DNA of 64,000 bases from a virus. Lineage: Duplodnaviria > Heunggongvirae > Uroviricota > Caudoviricetes. The position numbers were made by a program, and so were the translations under genes. The notes below the pieces were generated by a model. That model was not told the DNA's origin and did not search any database. It worked only from the letters and a program-made list of their open reading frames with translations. This document shows positions 41,459 through 51,462 of this stretch, one piece after another. The stretch lies in IMG/VR virus record IMGVR_UViG_3300027710_001079, positions 64,833-128,832 of that record; one strand, written 5' to 3'. Numbering within the stretch: the stretch's first letter is position 1; every line of letters begins with the position of its first letter.

Positions 41459-41811
41459 ACTATTAGTACTGCTACAATTACTAGATAAACTAGTTGGTGG
41501 GCCATTTGATCAAGTCCTAGATGATTCCAGAACTGAGGAGTGGTGATGTCTCTATTACCTTTATTCATTTTGGTCCAATCAATATGATAATGCAATACGA
41601 AATCAATAAATCCTAGTAAGACTGCCCAGCTTACTGGAGTGAATAAGAACAAGATAGCCGCAGTAGCAATTCCGTGTTTAAGGCTGTGCTTAATGCCCAG
41701 CCAATTAAGATAAATGCCTTTGTGTTTTACTTCTTCGTCTGTTTGATTAACAAAGTCAATATACCAATGTTTAATCTGAAACAATGCCAATATGATTAAT
41801 ATTTCGATCAT
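41455..41811 (-). CDS. DUF3307-like membrane protein
   Basis: KHWYIDF, HSLKHG, LHYHIDWTK and GLDQMAH His-rich motifs. Confidence 0.75.
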   Translation of the reverse strand: MIEILIILALFQIKHWYIDFVNQTDEEVKHKGIYLNWLGIKHSLKHGIATAAILFLFTPVSWAVLLGFIDFVLHYHIDWTKMNKGNRDITTPQFWNHLGLDQMAHQLVYLVIVAVLIV

Positions 41812-42812
41812 GGATTACTCACTAGTTCTTTGTAAAGAGTCGATCGGTACCATTGTAGTGCATCTTTTACAATAGTTTTACAATCGCTTGATTTTGGTTC
41901 CCAACCTAACACTGCTTTTGCTTTTGATATATCTGCATAGTTCATTGGTATATCGCCCGGTCTACGAGCACCGATGCTGAATTGTATACCTTGCCCTACT
42001 TGCAATTGATATTCTGCAAATACCTGCAACACACTCTTTCCTGAGCCAGCACCAATATTAAATGCATTAGTAACGCCACCAGCTTCTAAGTATTGAAGTG
42101 CTTTGACGTGTGCATCTGCAATATCCCAAATATGTGTAAAGTCACGAACAGCAGTACCATCTGGCGTAGGATAGTCATTGCCGTTGAATCTAAACTCAAC
42201 AGCTTTACCGTCTATTACATTTTGAATACTAGGGATAAGATGTGATGGCTTAGGACGATACTCTCCAATAGCACCATCGGGTGCCGCACCACTTGCGTTA
42301 AAATATCTCAAACTGACTGAACGAATATTATGTGCAACACTAACATCACGCAACATACATTCTACTGCCCACTTGCTAGCACCGTAGCTAGTAACAGGAG
42401 TTTTAGGATGATCCTCGGTAGTAGGTAATTTTGAAATATCTACTTCACCGTACACTGAGCTAGTAGAACTAAAGATAACTTTGTCTACACCGTATTTGGC
42501 ACATGCTTCTAATAGTGTTGCAGAACCGCCTACATTATTTTGATAGTAGCGAAGAGGGTCAGTGACACTAGCACCTACTTCGCTACTTGCCGCAAGATGG
42601 ATCACTGCATCAAATTTGTATTTTTCAAAAAGCAGAACTAAAGACCATTTGTTGTTTATGTCGCCACAAATTGCAGGCCAGTAGGGACTTGCCCACGGCC
42701 TTGCTTTTGCCTGCATGTCAAATACAACAGGAAAATACCCGTGTTCGAAAAGCATTTTTGCGACATGACTACCTACGTAGCCACTACCGCCAGTGACTAA
42801 TATATGTTTCAC
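41808..42812 (-). CDS. galE: UDP-glucose 4-epimerase
   Basis: TGGSGYVGSH, FSSTSSVYG, YGASK, LRYFN and RDFTHI. Confidence 0.9.
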   Translation of the reverse strand: MKHILVTGGSGYVGSHVAKMLFEHGYFPVVFDMQAKARPWASPYWPAICGDINNKWSLVLLFEKYKFDAVIHLAASSEVGASVTDPLRYYQNNVGGSATLLEACAKYGVDKVIFSSTSSVYGEVDISKLPTTEDHPKTPVTSYGASKWAVECMLRDVSVAHNIRSVSLRYFNASGAAPDGAIGEYRPKPSHLIPSIQNVIDGKAVEFRFNGNDYPTPDGTAVRDFTHIWDIADAHVKALQYLEAGGVTNAFNIGAGSGKSVLQVFAEYQLQVGQGIQFSIGARRPGDIPMNYADISKAKAVLGWEPKSSDCKTIVKDALQWYRSTLYKELVSNP

Positions 42813-42967
42813 TTTACGTTAGCTACCTTAGTTTCTAACAATTCTTTGATGAATTTCAAAGCCTTGCGGTCAGTATCGTATACGAACTCTTTTTCGTTGT
42901 TCTCGTCATCTCTGATTAGAATAACAATACCGTTCTCGACTTTTCTCAATTCAATACTTTCGAACAT
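42809..42967 (-). CDS. Small hypothetical protein (52 aa, not in track)
   Basis: MFESIELRKVENGIVILIRDD...; fills the gap. Confidence 0.6.
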   Translation of the reverse strand: MFESIELRKVENGIVILIRDDENNEKEFVYDTDRKALKFIKELLETKVANVK

Positions 42968-42979
42968 GGTGATCTTTCT

Positions 42980-43678
42980 TTATTTTGGAACACTTAAATT
43001 ATAGTTAAAGTGGAAGATACCGATATGGCTAACTTCCTTACTCAACTCCTGATCGCACCAAACTTCATAACCTGCCTTCTGTGCTTGTTGACAGAAATAG
43101 ATATCTTCACCAATCTCAAGATTGAGTTCAGGAATATATTCTTGCAGGTAGTGAGGTTGGGGGATTTTTTCATAAACTGAACGATGTACTAACACACAGC
43201 CATGTGGTAAGACATCGATCAATTCCATTGGAGGGCTGTCATCTCTAGTTTCGAATTCACGGAACTGTCCATTAGACCCTAGCATACCTGTAAAGTTAGC
43301 ATTAGGGAAACGGCGTCGACGATAGTTTACTCCAACAATCGGTTTGTTTCTTTTGAGCAATCGAATAGGTGCATCAATAGGGAACTTCATATCTGAGTCA
43401 ACCCACCAAATATAGTCGAAGTCGCTTTTGAGAAAGATATCAGTTAAGTTGCGGCGAGCAATAGTAATAACTGAACCAATGTTGAATGCACAGTTAATCT
43501 TAATTCCGTTGGCAACAAGATTAGCTGCCGCCATTGCTAAGTGCTGTGCAAATTCAGCATTGACCATTTCCATTGCTGGAACAGCGATCATAATGCTAGG
43601 TGCTCTACCTTGTTGTGCAGGTGCAGCCGCAGGTGCTGCCGGTGCCGGCTTAACATTGAACTTGGGTTTGTTTTTCAT
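42980..43678 (-). CDS. GT-A fold (GT2-like) glycosyltransferase
   Basis: ITIARRNL, WVDSDM (DxD) and IGEDIYFC. Confidence 0.8.
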   Translation of the reverse strand: MKNKPKFNVKPAPAAPAAAPAQQGRAPSIMIAVPAMEMVNAEFAQHLAMAAANLVANGIKINCAFNIGSVITIARRNLTDIFLKSDFDYIWWVDSDMKFPIDAPIRLLKRNKPIVGVNYRRRRFPNANFTGMLGSNGQFREFETRDDSPPMELIDVLPHGCVLVHRSVYEKIPQPHYLQEYIPELNLEIGEDIYFCQQAQKAGYEVWCDQELSKEVSHIGIFHFNYNLSVPK

Positions 43679-43739
43679 GGGATCCTTTGTTTTATTCTTT
43701 TAATTATCTAAGATCAAGCACCTACTATTGCGTTCTTGA

Positions 43740-44336
43740 TTATCGACGTGCTTGATCTAAAACTTCAGTAGCAGTCTGGTCCAGCGTCTTGCCGCCGACT
43801 CTACCTTCAAGTTTTACCTGCTTGTTTTGATCATAAGTAGCCGCCATAGCCTTAACATCTTGTTGACTGATTTTTAGCATAACAAATACTCTAAAGTTAT
43901 TTGCTTCTGGATTAAAGATGACCATTTTCTTTTCGACACCGTAAGTACGTACTACGCTCTCGGCAATCAAATTTACAATCACATCTTGACTCTGAGCTCG
44001 ACCTGTTGGGCGATCTGGTGAGCCAGTTTCGTCGTATCGAATAATTGTACGATTATTCATTTCGCCGTTAACTCGATCTGCAATTTTTGCTTTTGCCTTA
44101 AGTGTAGCTTTCTTCATAGCCATTTCCATTGAAGGGCTAACATCTTCGGCTACTGCATAATACATACCGTTTTTATCCCAAGGCTTGTACCATGCTTTCA
44201 TTTCCGACCCTACGTCGACATGATCAAGATACCAAGTGGGCACAGTCTTTTTATCTAAATTCTCAGTCATCAGTTCTGTCATAGACGAACATGCAGACAA
44301 CGCTAGTACTGCTAGAACAATTGAAATACGCTTCAT
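43740..44336 (-). CDS. Lipoprotein (LPP20-like)
   Basis: Lipobox ALSAC; MAMKKATLKAKAKIA helix. Confidence 0.7.
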   Translation of the reverse strand: MKRISIVLAVLALSACSSMTELMTENLDKKTVPTWYLDHVDVGSEMKAWYKPWDKNGMYYAVAEDVSPSMEMAMKKATLKAKAKIADRVNGEMNNRTIIRYDETGSPDRPTGRAQSQDVIVNLIAESVVRTYGVEKKMVIFNPEANNFRVFVMLKISQQDVKAMAATYDQNKQVKLEGRVGGKTLDQTATEVLDQARR

Positions 44337-44461
44337 TTTACATTCTCCTGAATGATAATTTTAGTTTGATCAACACCTCTGTCGACGATTTTTGCAATGC
44401 CGGAAGCCCCGACAGTAGCTAGGATGATTCCAAAGATTGTCCCAACAATAAAGTTTGTCAT
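44333..44461 (-). CDS. Small membrane peptide (42 aa, not in track)
   Basis: MTNFIVGTIFGIILATVGASGIAK...; ATGA overlap with the next gene. Confidence 0.55.
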   Translation of the reverse strand: MTNFIVGTIFGIILATVGASGIAKIVDRGVDQTKIIIQENVK

Positions 44462-44481
44462 AACTACTCTTTCTGTGTGTG

Positions 44482-45060
44482 TTAAAATTTGTCAACTATG
44501 ATCCATTTTGTTGGACCATATCTGCAAACAATTCCTTGAAACTGTATAATGTCTTTACCATTCCAACCAGTTTCGAGATACCATCTACATTCTTCTCCGT
44601 TGTGGTAAAATGCATTGGGATAATTTGTATGGGATCGTAATCTACGAACATCATCTATAATTGTTCCAATTTTAGGATTTAAAAGAGGTCTATCTTTTTC
44701 TTCCTGCTCTTTACAAACTACGAAAGTCTCACTTGTTATTGTACTTGAATATAGTCCTGTGAGCAAATTTTTCTTTGCCAATTCAGTTGCGGCCCCGCAG
44801 GCTTTGGCATGACTGTAGTCACCTGACCAGATAAATTCACCTTTACCTTGATGCCACTTTCCGCCAGTGTATCCTTCTAGACTGGCTGTGCATTTGTATT
44901 GCCCTTTACCAAACGGATTAACTTCGGCTACTACATTTTTAATTTCATGTATCCGCCCAACTTCTTTTGAAGTTGTTCGCTCTTTCATAATGCAATCTTG
45001 TGCAATTGCAGAATTGGTAAAGAGTACAGCAGTTAGTAAGATTTGTGTCGAAAGTTGCAT
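44482..45060 (-). CDS. Secreted Cys-rich protein
   Basis: Signal-like N-terminus ending NSAIA; six Cys. Confidence 0.65.
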   Translation of the reverse strand: MQLSTQILLTAVLFTNSAIAQDCIMKERTTSKEVGRIHEIKNVVAEVNPFGKGQYKCTASLEGYTGGKWHQGKGEFIWSGDYSHAKACGAATELAKKNLLTGLYSSTITSETFVVCKEQEEKDRPLLNPKIGTIIDDVRRLRSHTNYPNAFYHNGEECRWYLETGWNGKDIIQFQGIVCRYGPTKWIIVDKF

Positions 45061-45389
45061 CTGTAGTAAATCTCATCTATGTTTGCGTTAATCAAATAGT
45101 CTATACGGCCATCTGCAATTTCTTTGTTTTTAGGAAACTCTTTAGAAAAGCCGCCCCAGGAGGTTACTTCAAGGTAAGCATCTCGACGCTCACGTTGAGT
45201 AGGACGGATACTGCGTAACCATTCAACTTGCTCTTTGGCAATGTTACAATCTGGTTTGAAACTGCCCAAAGCGTGTGATGACGGAAGAATTCGTTGTGCA
45301 GGACTTGCACATCCTACTAGACTAGCGGCCGTTGCAATCAGTACGAATTTGCCAAATTTTGTGCTTAATAGCGTTAATGCTGGCACCAT
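45033..45389 (-). CDS. Putative lipoprotein (start uncertain)
   Basis: Lipobox LVGC. Confidence 0.6.
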   Translation of the reverse strand: MVPALTLLSTKFGKFVLIATAASLVGCASPAQRILPSSHALGSFKPDCNIAKEQVEWLRSIRPTQRERRDAYLEVTSWGGFSKEFPKNKEIADGRIDYLINANIDEIYYRCNFRHKSY

Positions 45390-45564
45390 TTGATTTTGTG
45401 TCTTTCTCTGCAAATTGCAGTTGTTCAGTTAACCATCCGTTAATTCGATTTTTATTCCAGCAATCAATTGGAATATTACTAACTTCTGTAGGAGTTAGAA
45501 TTCGATAGCTAGTAGTCGAACAGCCAGCTAACAAAATGATCACTAAAGAAAAAACCTTAAACAT
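45322..45564 (-). CDS. Putative lipoprotein
   Basis: MFKVFSLVIILLAGC lipobox; start corrected; promoter immediately upstream. Confidence 0.65.
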   Translation of the reverse strand: MFKVFSLVIILLAGCSTTSYRILTPTEVSNIPIDCWNKNRINGWLTEQLQFAEKDTKSNGASINAIKHKIWQIRTDCNGR

Positions 45565-45570
45565 GTGTAT

Positions 45571-45599
45571 ATAATACAGCACATTTAAGGTTTTGTCAA
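45571..45599 (-). promoter_or_regulatory. sigma70 promoter
   Basis: TTGACA (45599-45594), 17 nt, TATTAT (45576-45571). Confidence 0.7.
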
Positions 45600-45615
45600 G
45601 TATTGATTTTACCAA

Positions 45616-46341
45616 TTATCTGTTTAAACGGTCTAAACTTTTATAAACTTTTTTGATTAATTTACGTAAAACTGGATGGTTAACATCTTTGGAAAATGCG
45701 TTAACATACGCCCAAAGATTAACACTGTCTTCGATTGCAATGTCTTTAACTTTGTTTAATTTTTCAATTACTTGTGGATAACTATTTCTATCTAATAATT
45801 CGTTAGCAATGTTATATGCATAGGCATTGATTTCATCTGGACTACTTAGATACCAGCGATTTTCTTCTGCTTCGTCGTACTCGTCATCGCCTTCTTCATA
45901 TGCGGTTTCAAAGTCCCATTTTTCAACTTCTAAGAAATCTCTTGCACGGAATTGTTGCATGTGGATAACTTCGTGACTCAATGTGTCTGCAATTTTTCTT
46001 GTGATAATGTCAAATTGTGGTTCATCAATCAACATAACATCTTGCATTGGGTTAGTAACCAAATATATCTCAATGGCAACATCCCCAGCCTCGTCTAAGC
46101 CTCCGTCGTAGTATCCATTGAGCTCGATATCGTTTTGATCCACTTGTGTAGCTTCTGCGTGTTTAACATCAATGTTAAAACGCTTTCCAATGAATACCCC
46201 GAGATCCTGAATTAATTCGTCAACTGCATAAAATTGGTTTACTATTTTAGGTTTGATATCATCAAATATTTCAAGAACTTCTTTTCTTGTTGGAACCACT
46301 ACTTTTCTATCTAACTTTGGGCAGCAGTTGAATTTTTTCAT
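45616..46341 (-). CDS. HEXXH zincin-like protein (paralog B)
   Basis: LSHEVIHMQQ...EINAYAYNIA; start corrected to MKKFN. Confidence 0.7.
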   Translation of the reverse strand: MKKFNCCPKLDRKVVVPTRKEVLEIFDDIKPKIVNQFYAVDELIQDLGVFIGKRFNIDVKHAEATQVDQNDIELNGYYDGGLDEAGDVAIEIYLVTNPMQDVMLIDEPQFDIITRKIADTLSHEVIHMQQFRARDFLEVEKWDFETAYEEGDDEYDEAEENRWYLSSPDEINAYAYNIANELLDRNSYPQVIEKLNKVKDIAIEDSVNLWAYVNAFSKDVNHPVLRKLIKKVYKSLDRLNR

Positions 46342-46355
46342 TTTTGTTCTTTTAC

Positions 46356-47093
46356 TCACTTTTTTAACCAATCAGATGTTTTATAAGGCTTTGCTATTTC
46401 CTCGGCATTAGGAATATAATTCATTACCTTCTTTTTTAATTTACGGATTACTCTGTGACTGTGATTGTGATCAAATGCATCTAGATACATTCTGAAGCCG
46501 TCCTTTTTTAATCTCTTATCATTGAGATCAGTGTTTAGATAATTTACTATAGATGTTTTATCCTCCCCGAACCTGTCAAGAAGCTGACAAGCAATGTTAA
46601 AGCTGTATGCATCAATTTCGTCACTGTTTCCTAGGTATATTTGTTCGTTGCGTTTTCTTGCTAGGTTTGCAGAACTTTCATACCCGGGAATGTCTTTGTA
46701 ATCACGTCTGCGATATTGTCGCATGTGAATAACTTCGTGCATTACTGTGTCTGCTATTGCCATGCAGACTCTGCGAAATAAATGCTTATTTGCTTTAATA
46801 ATTACGTCAGGTGAATGATATTGTATACAAAGCGTGATAGACGTTTTGCCTTCCTGATCTAATACACTGTCATATAAGCCGCCCACCCATACGCAGTTTT
46901 TTTCTGTTTTAGTGTTGTAGCAGGATCTAACTTTGACAGGTATTTTAAAAAATCTTAAGATTTCTCGTAGCTTGTTAGAAAAACTAGTCGGTGATAAGGA
47001 CTTGCCTACAACATTGTAGCTTGTAAAGTTTACCATTTCTGCTATTAGATTCCTATCTAACGCAGACCAATCAAAAGTAGCAGCTTTAGTCAT
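46356..47093 (-). CDS. HEXXH zincin-like protein (paralog A)
   Basis: VMHEVIHMRQ...EIDAYSFNIA. Confidence 0.7.
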   Translation of the reverse strand: MTKAATFDWSALDRNLIAEMVNFTSYNVVGKSLSPTSFSNKLREILRFFKIPVKVRSCYNTKTEKNCVWVGGLYDSVLDQEGKTSITLCIQYHSPDVIIKANKHLFRRVCMAIADTVMHEVIHMRQYRRRDYKDIPGYESSANLARKRNEQIYLGNSDEIDAYSFNIACQLLDRFGEDKTSIVNYLNTDLNDKRLKKDGFRMYLDAFDHNHSHRVIRKLKKKVMNYIPNAEEIAKPYKTSDWLKK

Positions 47094-47154
47094 AAATCCC
47101 TCAGCTATTTTACATAATTATTCTTAAATCAGTCCACGTTATCAGGGTAGTTAA

Positions 47155-48093
47155 TTATGATAAAATGTTAACCCATTTGTCAATAACGTGCTGCCAGTCG
47201 TAACTTTTAGCATGTTCTTGGATTTCCAAGCATCGTTGTCTGTACTTGTTAGGGTTATCTTTATAATAACTTAAAATTTCCACAGTTTTTTCTAAGAATT
47301 CGTCTTCTGCTACGGGCACAGCATGTCCGCCTGCATCACCAATTCTCTGGGCCCAGTGTCCAACATTAGTACCGATTACTAGCTTGCCGGCCGCACCGCC
47401 CTCCATTACAGGAAGTCCAGCACCTTCTTCTGTACTAGCTGCGATAACAGCGTCTATGCCTTTGTAGAATCCCGGCATAGTGATAAAACTATTGTGATAT
47501 TGCTGTGCAACTCTAAACTCTAATCCGGCACGTTTTACTGCTTCTTCAACTAGCCAGCCACGCTTATGATACTTAGGCTGTGCTAGATCGCTAGCAACCA
47601 TATCTTGTGCAAACTCTTCTTTTCTGTGGAAGCTGCCTGTGTATCCTACAACTTTTAAATTGTCGTTAGGTGTGCTGTAAAAAGTATTATAGTTAATAGC
47701 CACAGGAGTTAGTTCAGCAGGCCGCTCGATACCTAGTTCTTTACTAAGATCAACTAGCCATTGGCTAACACAACCGTATCTACGGAAACGTTTAAAGTCT
47801 TCATATCCGTGATGATGAATCAGTTCAGTCATGTCTAATTTAGCATGACTGATAATAACACACTGTTCGGGTGCTACTGTAGCATAGTTATATCCTAAGA
47901 ATCTCCATCCGTGGGGAGTAGTTACAAAAATATCAGTTGTGGAATTTAATTCCAACATTTCTTCTCTAGTGTAACTTTTGTTCCAAGGAAGTAGTTGACA
48001 GTTAAATCCGTGTCCCCATAGATATTTGAACAGCTCGTAATGAACTGTTCCGAATGCCCAGTTAGGCTCAAAGTAAAAAACTACTCTTTTCAT
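47155..48093 (-). CDS. GT-B fold (GT4-like) glycosyltransferase
   Basis: [24 protein letters not shown] (E-x7-E) motif. Confidence 0.75.
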   Translation of the reverse strand: MKRVVFYFEPNWAFGTVHYELFKYLWGHGFNCQLLPWNKSYTREEMLELNSTTDIFVTTPHGWRFLGYNYATVAPEQCVIISHAKLDMTELIHHHGYEDFKRFRRYGCVSQWLVDLSKELGIERPAELTPVAINYNTFYSTPNDNLKVVGYTGSFHRKEEFAQDMVASDLAQPKYHKRGWLVEEAVKRAGLEFRVAQQYHNSFITMPGFYKGIDAVIAASTEEGAGLPVMEGGAAGKLVIGTNVGHWAQRIGDAGGHAVPVAEDEFLEKTVEILSYYKDNPNKYRQRCLEIQEHAKSYDWQHVIDKWVNILS

Positions 48094-49247
48094 TTCTTGT
48101 CCATCGGTGGATAGTACTTACGCAACCAATCAAGGTTTTCTCGATCTGGATGATCCTGGTACCATCCTTTGCCGCTATGCACATCGTAGACCATCTGGAA
48201 GTATTCTTCATACATCGGTGCAACTCGTTCTAGGCTAAAGTTCTCACCAAACGCACGACACGCGGCCGGATCAATCTTATCGATGTTTTCAGCAGCCCAA
48301 ACAAACTGATCAAAGGTTCTGCAACGATATCCAGTAACTCCGTGTACATTATTTTCTGTAAATGATCCCCAGTCTGTTGTGATAGTAGGAGTACCACTTA
48401 ACAACATCTCTACTTGCACACCACCGAATGGTTCTGTGTACAGACTAGGAACAAATGCCCCTTTGGCACGACTCATTAATTTCTTACGAGTCTCTACATC
48501 TGCGTATCCCACAAACTCGACGTGGTCTGGAGTTTCTGCGTAACCCATTGATGCTAAGTTGTTTTGACCAGCCATGATTAATTTTGCACCAATCTTTCTA
48601 GTTACTTCGATTGCAAGGTGTGCTCCTTTGCCTTCATATACTCGCCCTAAGAACAAGAAGTAATCTTCTTTCTTTTCTGGCTCATAAGTAAAGTCTTCTA
48701 AGTCGAAGTAGTTAGGGACAACACCGTGATACCAATCTTGATTGCATGTTCCTACACTTTGTAATCCAAAGAAGGCATGCATAATAGCATAGCTTTCAAA
48801 GATCTTCCAACGTGCCCAATGACCGCCTGCATATCCAATACCCGGTTCAACAACAATTAAATCGTTGTGTGCATCGCATACTGCACGAACACCTGATCCC
48901 CAGAATGGTAGAATAAAATCTTTAGGTTGTTTACGTAGTCCAATTTCTCGAATAGCGTTTGCATAGAATGTTTGATATGCGTGATCGCCTGTATCAAACT
49001 TAAAGAAATTTTTACGCCAGTCGTAACTGCCGTAGGCAATTTCTAAATCTTTGTTTGTGGTAACAGTGACATGCTCGTCGCATACTAGGTCGCTGTCTTC
49101 ATGTCCATAGTGGATAACATAATGCCCACGCTCTTTCATCATCTTGCCGAATTTAACGACTTTCTGAGTATAAGCACAGGCATTATATTCTTTACTGGAT
49201 ACTGTGTGGGGCAAGCCCAATATGTGGAATCTGAATTTTTGGCTCAT
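48090..49247 (-). CDS. GT4-family glycosyltransferase
   Basis: [10 protein letters not shown] and [16 protein letters not shown]. Confidence 0.9.
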   Translation of the reverse strand: MSQKFRFHILGLPHTVSSKEYNACAYTQKVVKFGKMMKERGHYVIHYGHEDSDLVCDEHVTVTTNKDLEIAYGSYDWRKNFFKFDTGDHAYQTFYANAIREIGLRKQPKDFILPFWGSGVRAVCDAHNDLIVVEPGIGYAGGHWARWKIFESYAIMHAFFGLQSVGTCNQDWYHGVVPNYFDLEDFTYEPEKKEDYFLFLGRVYEGKGAHLAIEVTRKIGAKLIMAGQNNLASMGYAETPDHVEFVGYADVETRKKLMSRAKGAFVPSLYTEPFGGVQVEMLLSGTPTITTDWGSFTENNVHGVTGYRCRTFDQFVWAAENIDKIDPAACRAFGENFSLERVAPMYEEYFQMVYDVHSGKGWYQDHPDRENLDWLRKYYPPMDKK

Positions 49248-49259
49248 AATTTAATTGGT

Positions 49260-49335
49260 TGGTGCTGCCTGTCGGAATCGAACTGACGACCTTCGGATTA
49301 CAAAACCGGTGCTCTACCAACTGAGCTAAGGCAGC
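49260..49335 (-). tRNA. tRNA-Thr(UGU)
   Basis: 76 nt; GCTGCCT/AGGCAGC acceptor, encoded CCA, D arm GCTC/GAGC, TTCGATT T loop, anticodon TGT; weak anticodon stem. Confidence 0.9.
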
Positions 49336-49343
49336 GATGTTTT

Positions 49344-49388
49344 TATTTAAGTAACTACTATATTAGCGTTATTAGATCTGAATGTCAA
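49344..49388 (-). promoter_or_regulatory. Tandem sigma70 and late-type promoters for tRNA-Thr
   Basis: TTGACA (49388-49383), 17 nt, TAATAT (49365-49360); TAAATA at 49349-49344. Confidence 0.65.
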
Positions 49389-50023
49389 GTTTCTCTGATC
49401 TCTTTAAGTTTGCTCCAGTACTGGATAGTAAATCTATCATACTCTGGATTTCTGTCTTTTTTTACTACAGGAGTTACACAGTGGTATACTCTGCTAGGAA
49501 AGATAACTAATCTATTATTTTTAAATTCAATAGTTTTAAGAGGTTGTTTAGTTTCCCAATCTCCGAATACAAAATCTCCACCTGTAAATTTAGATGGATC
49601 TTTAGCAAACATATAGTTCATTGTGGCAGTAGGATTATAATCTCTATGCCAACTGTAATGATCCTCATGGGTATATTTGCTCATTAGCATCTGACTAGAA
49701 TCAGTATATAACATGCTGGTAAAGAGGGAATCATTTGCTTCAAGTAATATTTTCTTTACTTCGTCGGACCAAATTCTTTGTTCAAGATAAGTTGAGATTT
49801 GAAAACTATTTGGTCGTGAAGCGTATTGCTGGAACAGCCACATATTCTTACTGCTTTTTGACCCGGGACTAATGACAATACCCTGGTTACTATTAACCTT
49901 GCTAGTAACCATTCCGGGAATTAATCTACAAGCTTCATTAATAATCTGCAAATTGTACACCCACGGTACAAAATCATCTATCACAATATGAACAAATGGT
50001 TCTTTAAAAATTTCGTATTTCAT
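49385..50023 (-). CDS. Fe(II)/2-oxoglutarate oxygenase (prolyl-hydroxylase-like)
   Basis: WHRD...FTGGDF...IFPSRVYHCV...R. Confidence 0.85.
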   Translation of the reverse strand: MKYEIFKEPFVHIVIDDFVPWVYNLQIINEACRLIPGMVTSKVNSNQGIVISPGSKSSKNMWLFQQYASRPNSFQISTYLEQRIWSDEVKKILLEANDSLFTSMLYTDSSQMLMSKYTHEDHYSWHRDYNPTATMNYMFAKDPSKFTGGDFVFGDWETKQPLKTIEFKNNRLVIFPSRVYHCVTPVVKKDRNPEYDRFTIQYWSKLKEIRET

Positions 50024-50751
50024 TTAGGATACATGTATAACCAGATCATTGTGCTAGGTCTTGCTTCAACACACAATAACATTTTATCATAGTCATCTAA
50101 ATCGTCAATTAACGGCATATAGGGATTTTTATTCCCTTGCCTTATCAGTTTAATATTGTGAGTTTCTGCAAATCGTGCAACTAATTTATCAGTTAGACCA
50201 GGTCTATTACAGTCATGACTTTCAACCATAACTGAAGTTTTTGCTAACTCGGGCACCACTGTGAGATCAAGGATGTCTTCTTCTGCACCTTCGCAATCCA
50301 TAAAGATAAACGGATTGTCAGCGGTGGCAAGGAATGATCTATAGTTGCTTATAGTGCAATCTGTGCTGAATAGAATTTTGTTTACACCGTTAGCGGCAGC
50401 ATTTTCTCTTGCAATGTCTACAGCAGTTTTGTTTACATCGAACACTACAGTTTTTGTCTGTGTTCTTTTTGCTAGACCTATGCCATAGTAACCTTCAGCA
50501 CAACCTATGTTTAAGATTAAATCGTGCGGCTGATTAATAACTCGCTCAATGTCTTCAAACAATTCACACTCGTATAATCCTAGTAATTTACTAGCACAGT
50601 CGCCGTCGCCCCAGCTAAACTTGTGCAAGATTTTCATTGCTTGAAACGGTCCTTGGTATACGAATCCCTGTGTCCTTTGGTACACTAATTCTGTGAGTTC
50701 GGCTCTACGTGCCCATGAGGCTCTGATATAATTGTTTTTAACTTCTGACAT
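50020..50751 (-). CDS. SAM-dependent methyltransferase (FkbM-like)
   Basis: NIGCAEGYYG motif I; FMDCEGAE. Confidence 0.75.
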   Translation of the reverse strand: MSEVKNNYIRASWARRAELTELVYQRTQGFVYQGPFQAMKILHKFSWGDGDCASKLLGLYECELFEDIERVINQPHDLILNIGCAEGYYGIGLAKRTQTKTVVFDVNKTAVDIARENAAANGVNKILFSTDCTISNYRSFLATADNPFIFMDCEGAEEDILDLTVVPELAKTSVMVESHDCNRPGLTDKLVARFAETHNIKLIRQGNKNPYMPLIDDLDDYDKMLLCVEARPSTMIWLYMYPK

Positions 50752-50752
50752 T

Positions 50753-51448
50753 TTAAGAATTCTTTTTTATTAAGTTAATTAGTTCGGGTGCTGACAAACT
50801 GTCAAAGTCCAGGCCTATGTTCATTCGAATACCAGTGCTGAACTTATGTACACTATGCCATTCTAAATGATTAAACACATACCAATATCCTGGCTCTATT
50901 TGAGCACTGACCACATGTTCGATTTTATCTAAATCTGGTATTCTAGTAGTGTGAATAATTTCAAATGGTTCTTTTTCTCTGTACCATCTAGTCTCTTCTC
51001 CGTTACCTTCGAGTAGCATAAACAAAGAACTTTTTCGTTTATGGCCTTTATGTGGCGGTAGGATTTCTCCTCCGTGACTAATTTGAAATATAGGAACTGG
51101 CTCGCCGGGAGTGGGCTCTTTTAAAAACTCCGGAGTTAGTGAAAGGAATTCGGAAGTATCTTGTTCTGTAAGAAAATATTGAGTAAAGTTAATAACGTTA
51201 CTTTCTGTAAAGTATTCCTTGATTTGCCGTCCTCGGCGAATCAATTCTTTTGAATCTCGACTGCCTATTAAATTAAATGTAGCTCTCGGATTGTTTCTAG
51301 GGTCGTCATAGTTGTTTCTAAAAACAAGGTTATCAGTACTTGTCTTAACACGACCTAGCAGACTTTGACAAAAATCATCTGCAAATTTTAAATTTGTTTT
51401 GTATATGTATTTGTCGGCATCAACATCCGATATTATAGTTTTAATCAT
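50753..51448 (-). CDS. Cupin/2OG-oxygenase-like protein
   Basis: ILPPHKGH...WYVFNHLEWHSV...R double-stranded beta-helix pattern. Confidence 0.6.
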   Translation of the reverse strand: MIKTIISDVDADKYIYKTNLKFADDFCQSLLGRVKTSTDNLVFRNNYDDPRNNPRATFNLIGSRDSKELIRRGRQIKEYFTESNVINFTQYFLTEQDTSEFLSLTPEFLKEPTPGEPVPIFQISHGGEILPPHKGHKRKSSLFMLLEGNGEETRWYREKEPFEIIHTTRIPDLDKIEHVVSAQIEPGYWYVFNHLEWHSVHKFSTGIRMNIGLDFDSLSAPELINLIKKNS

Positions 51449-51462
51449 ACTTTACTAAAATT

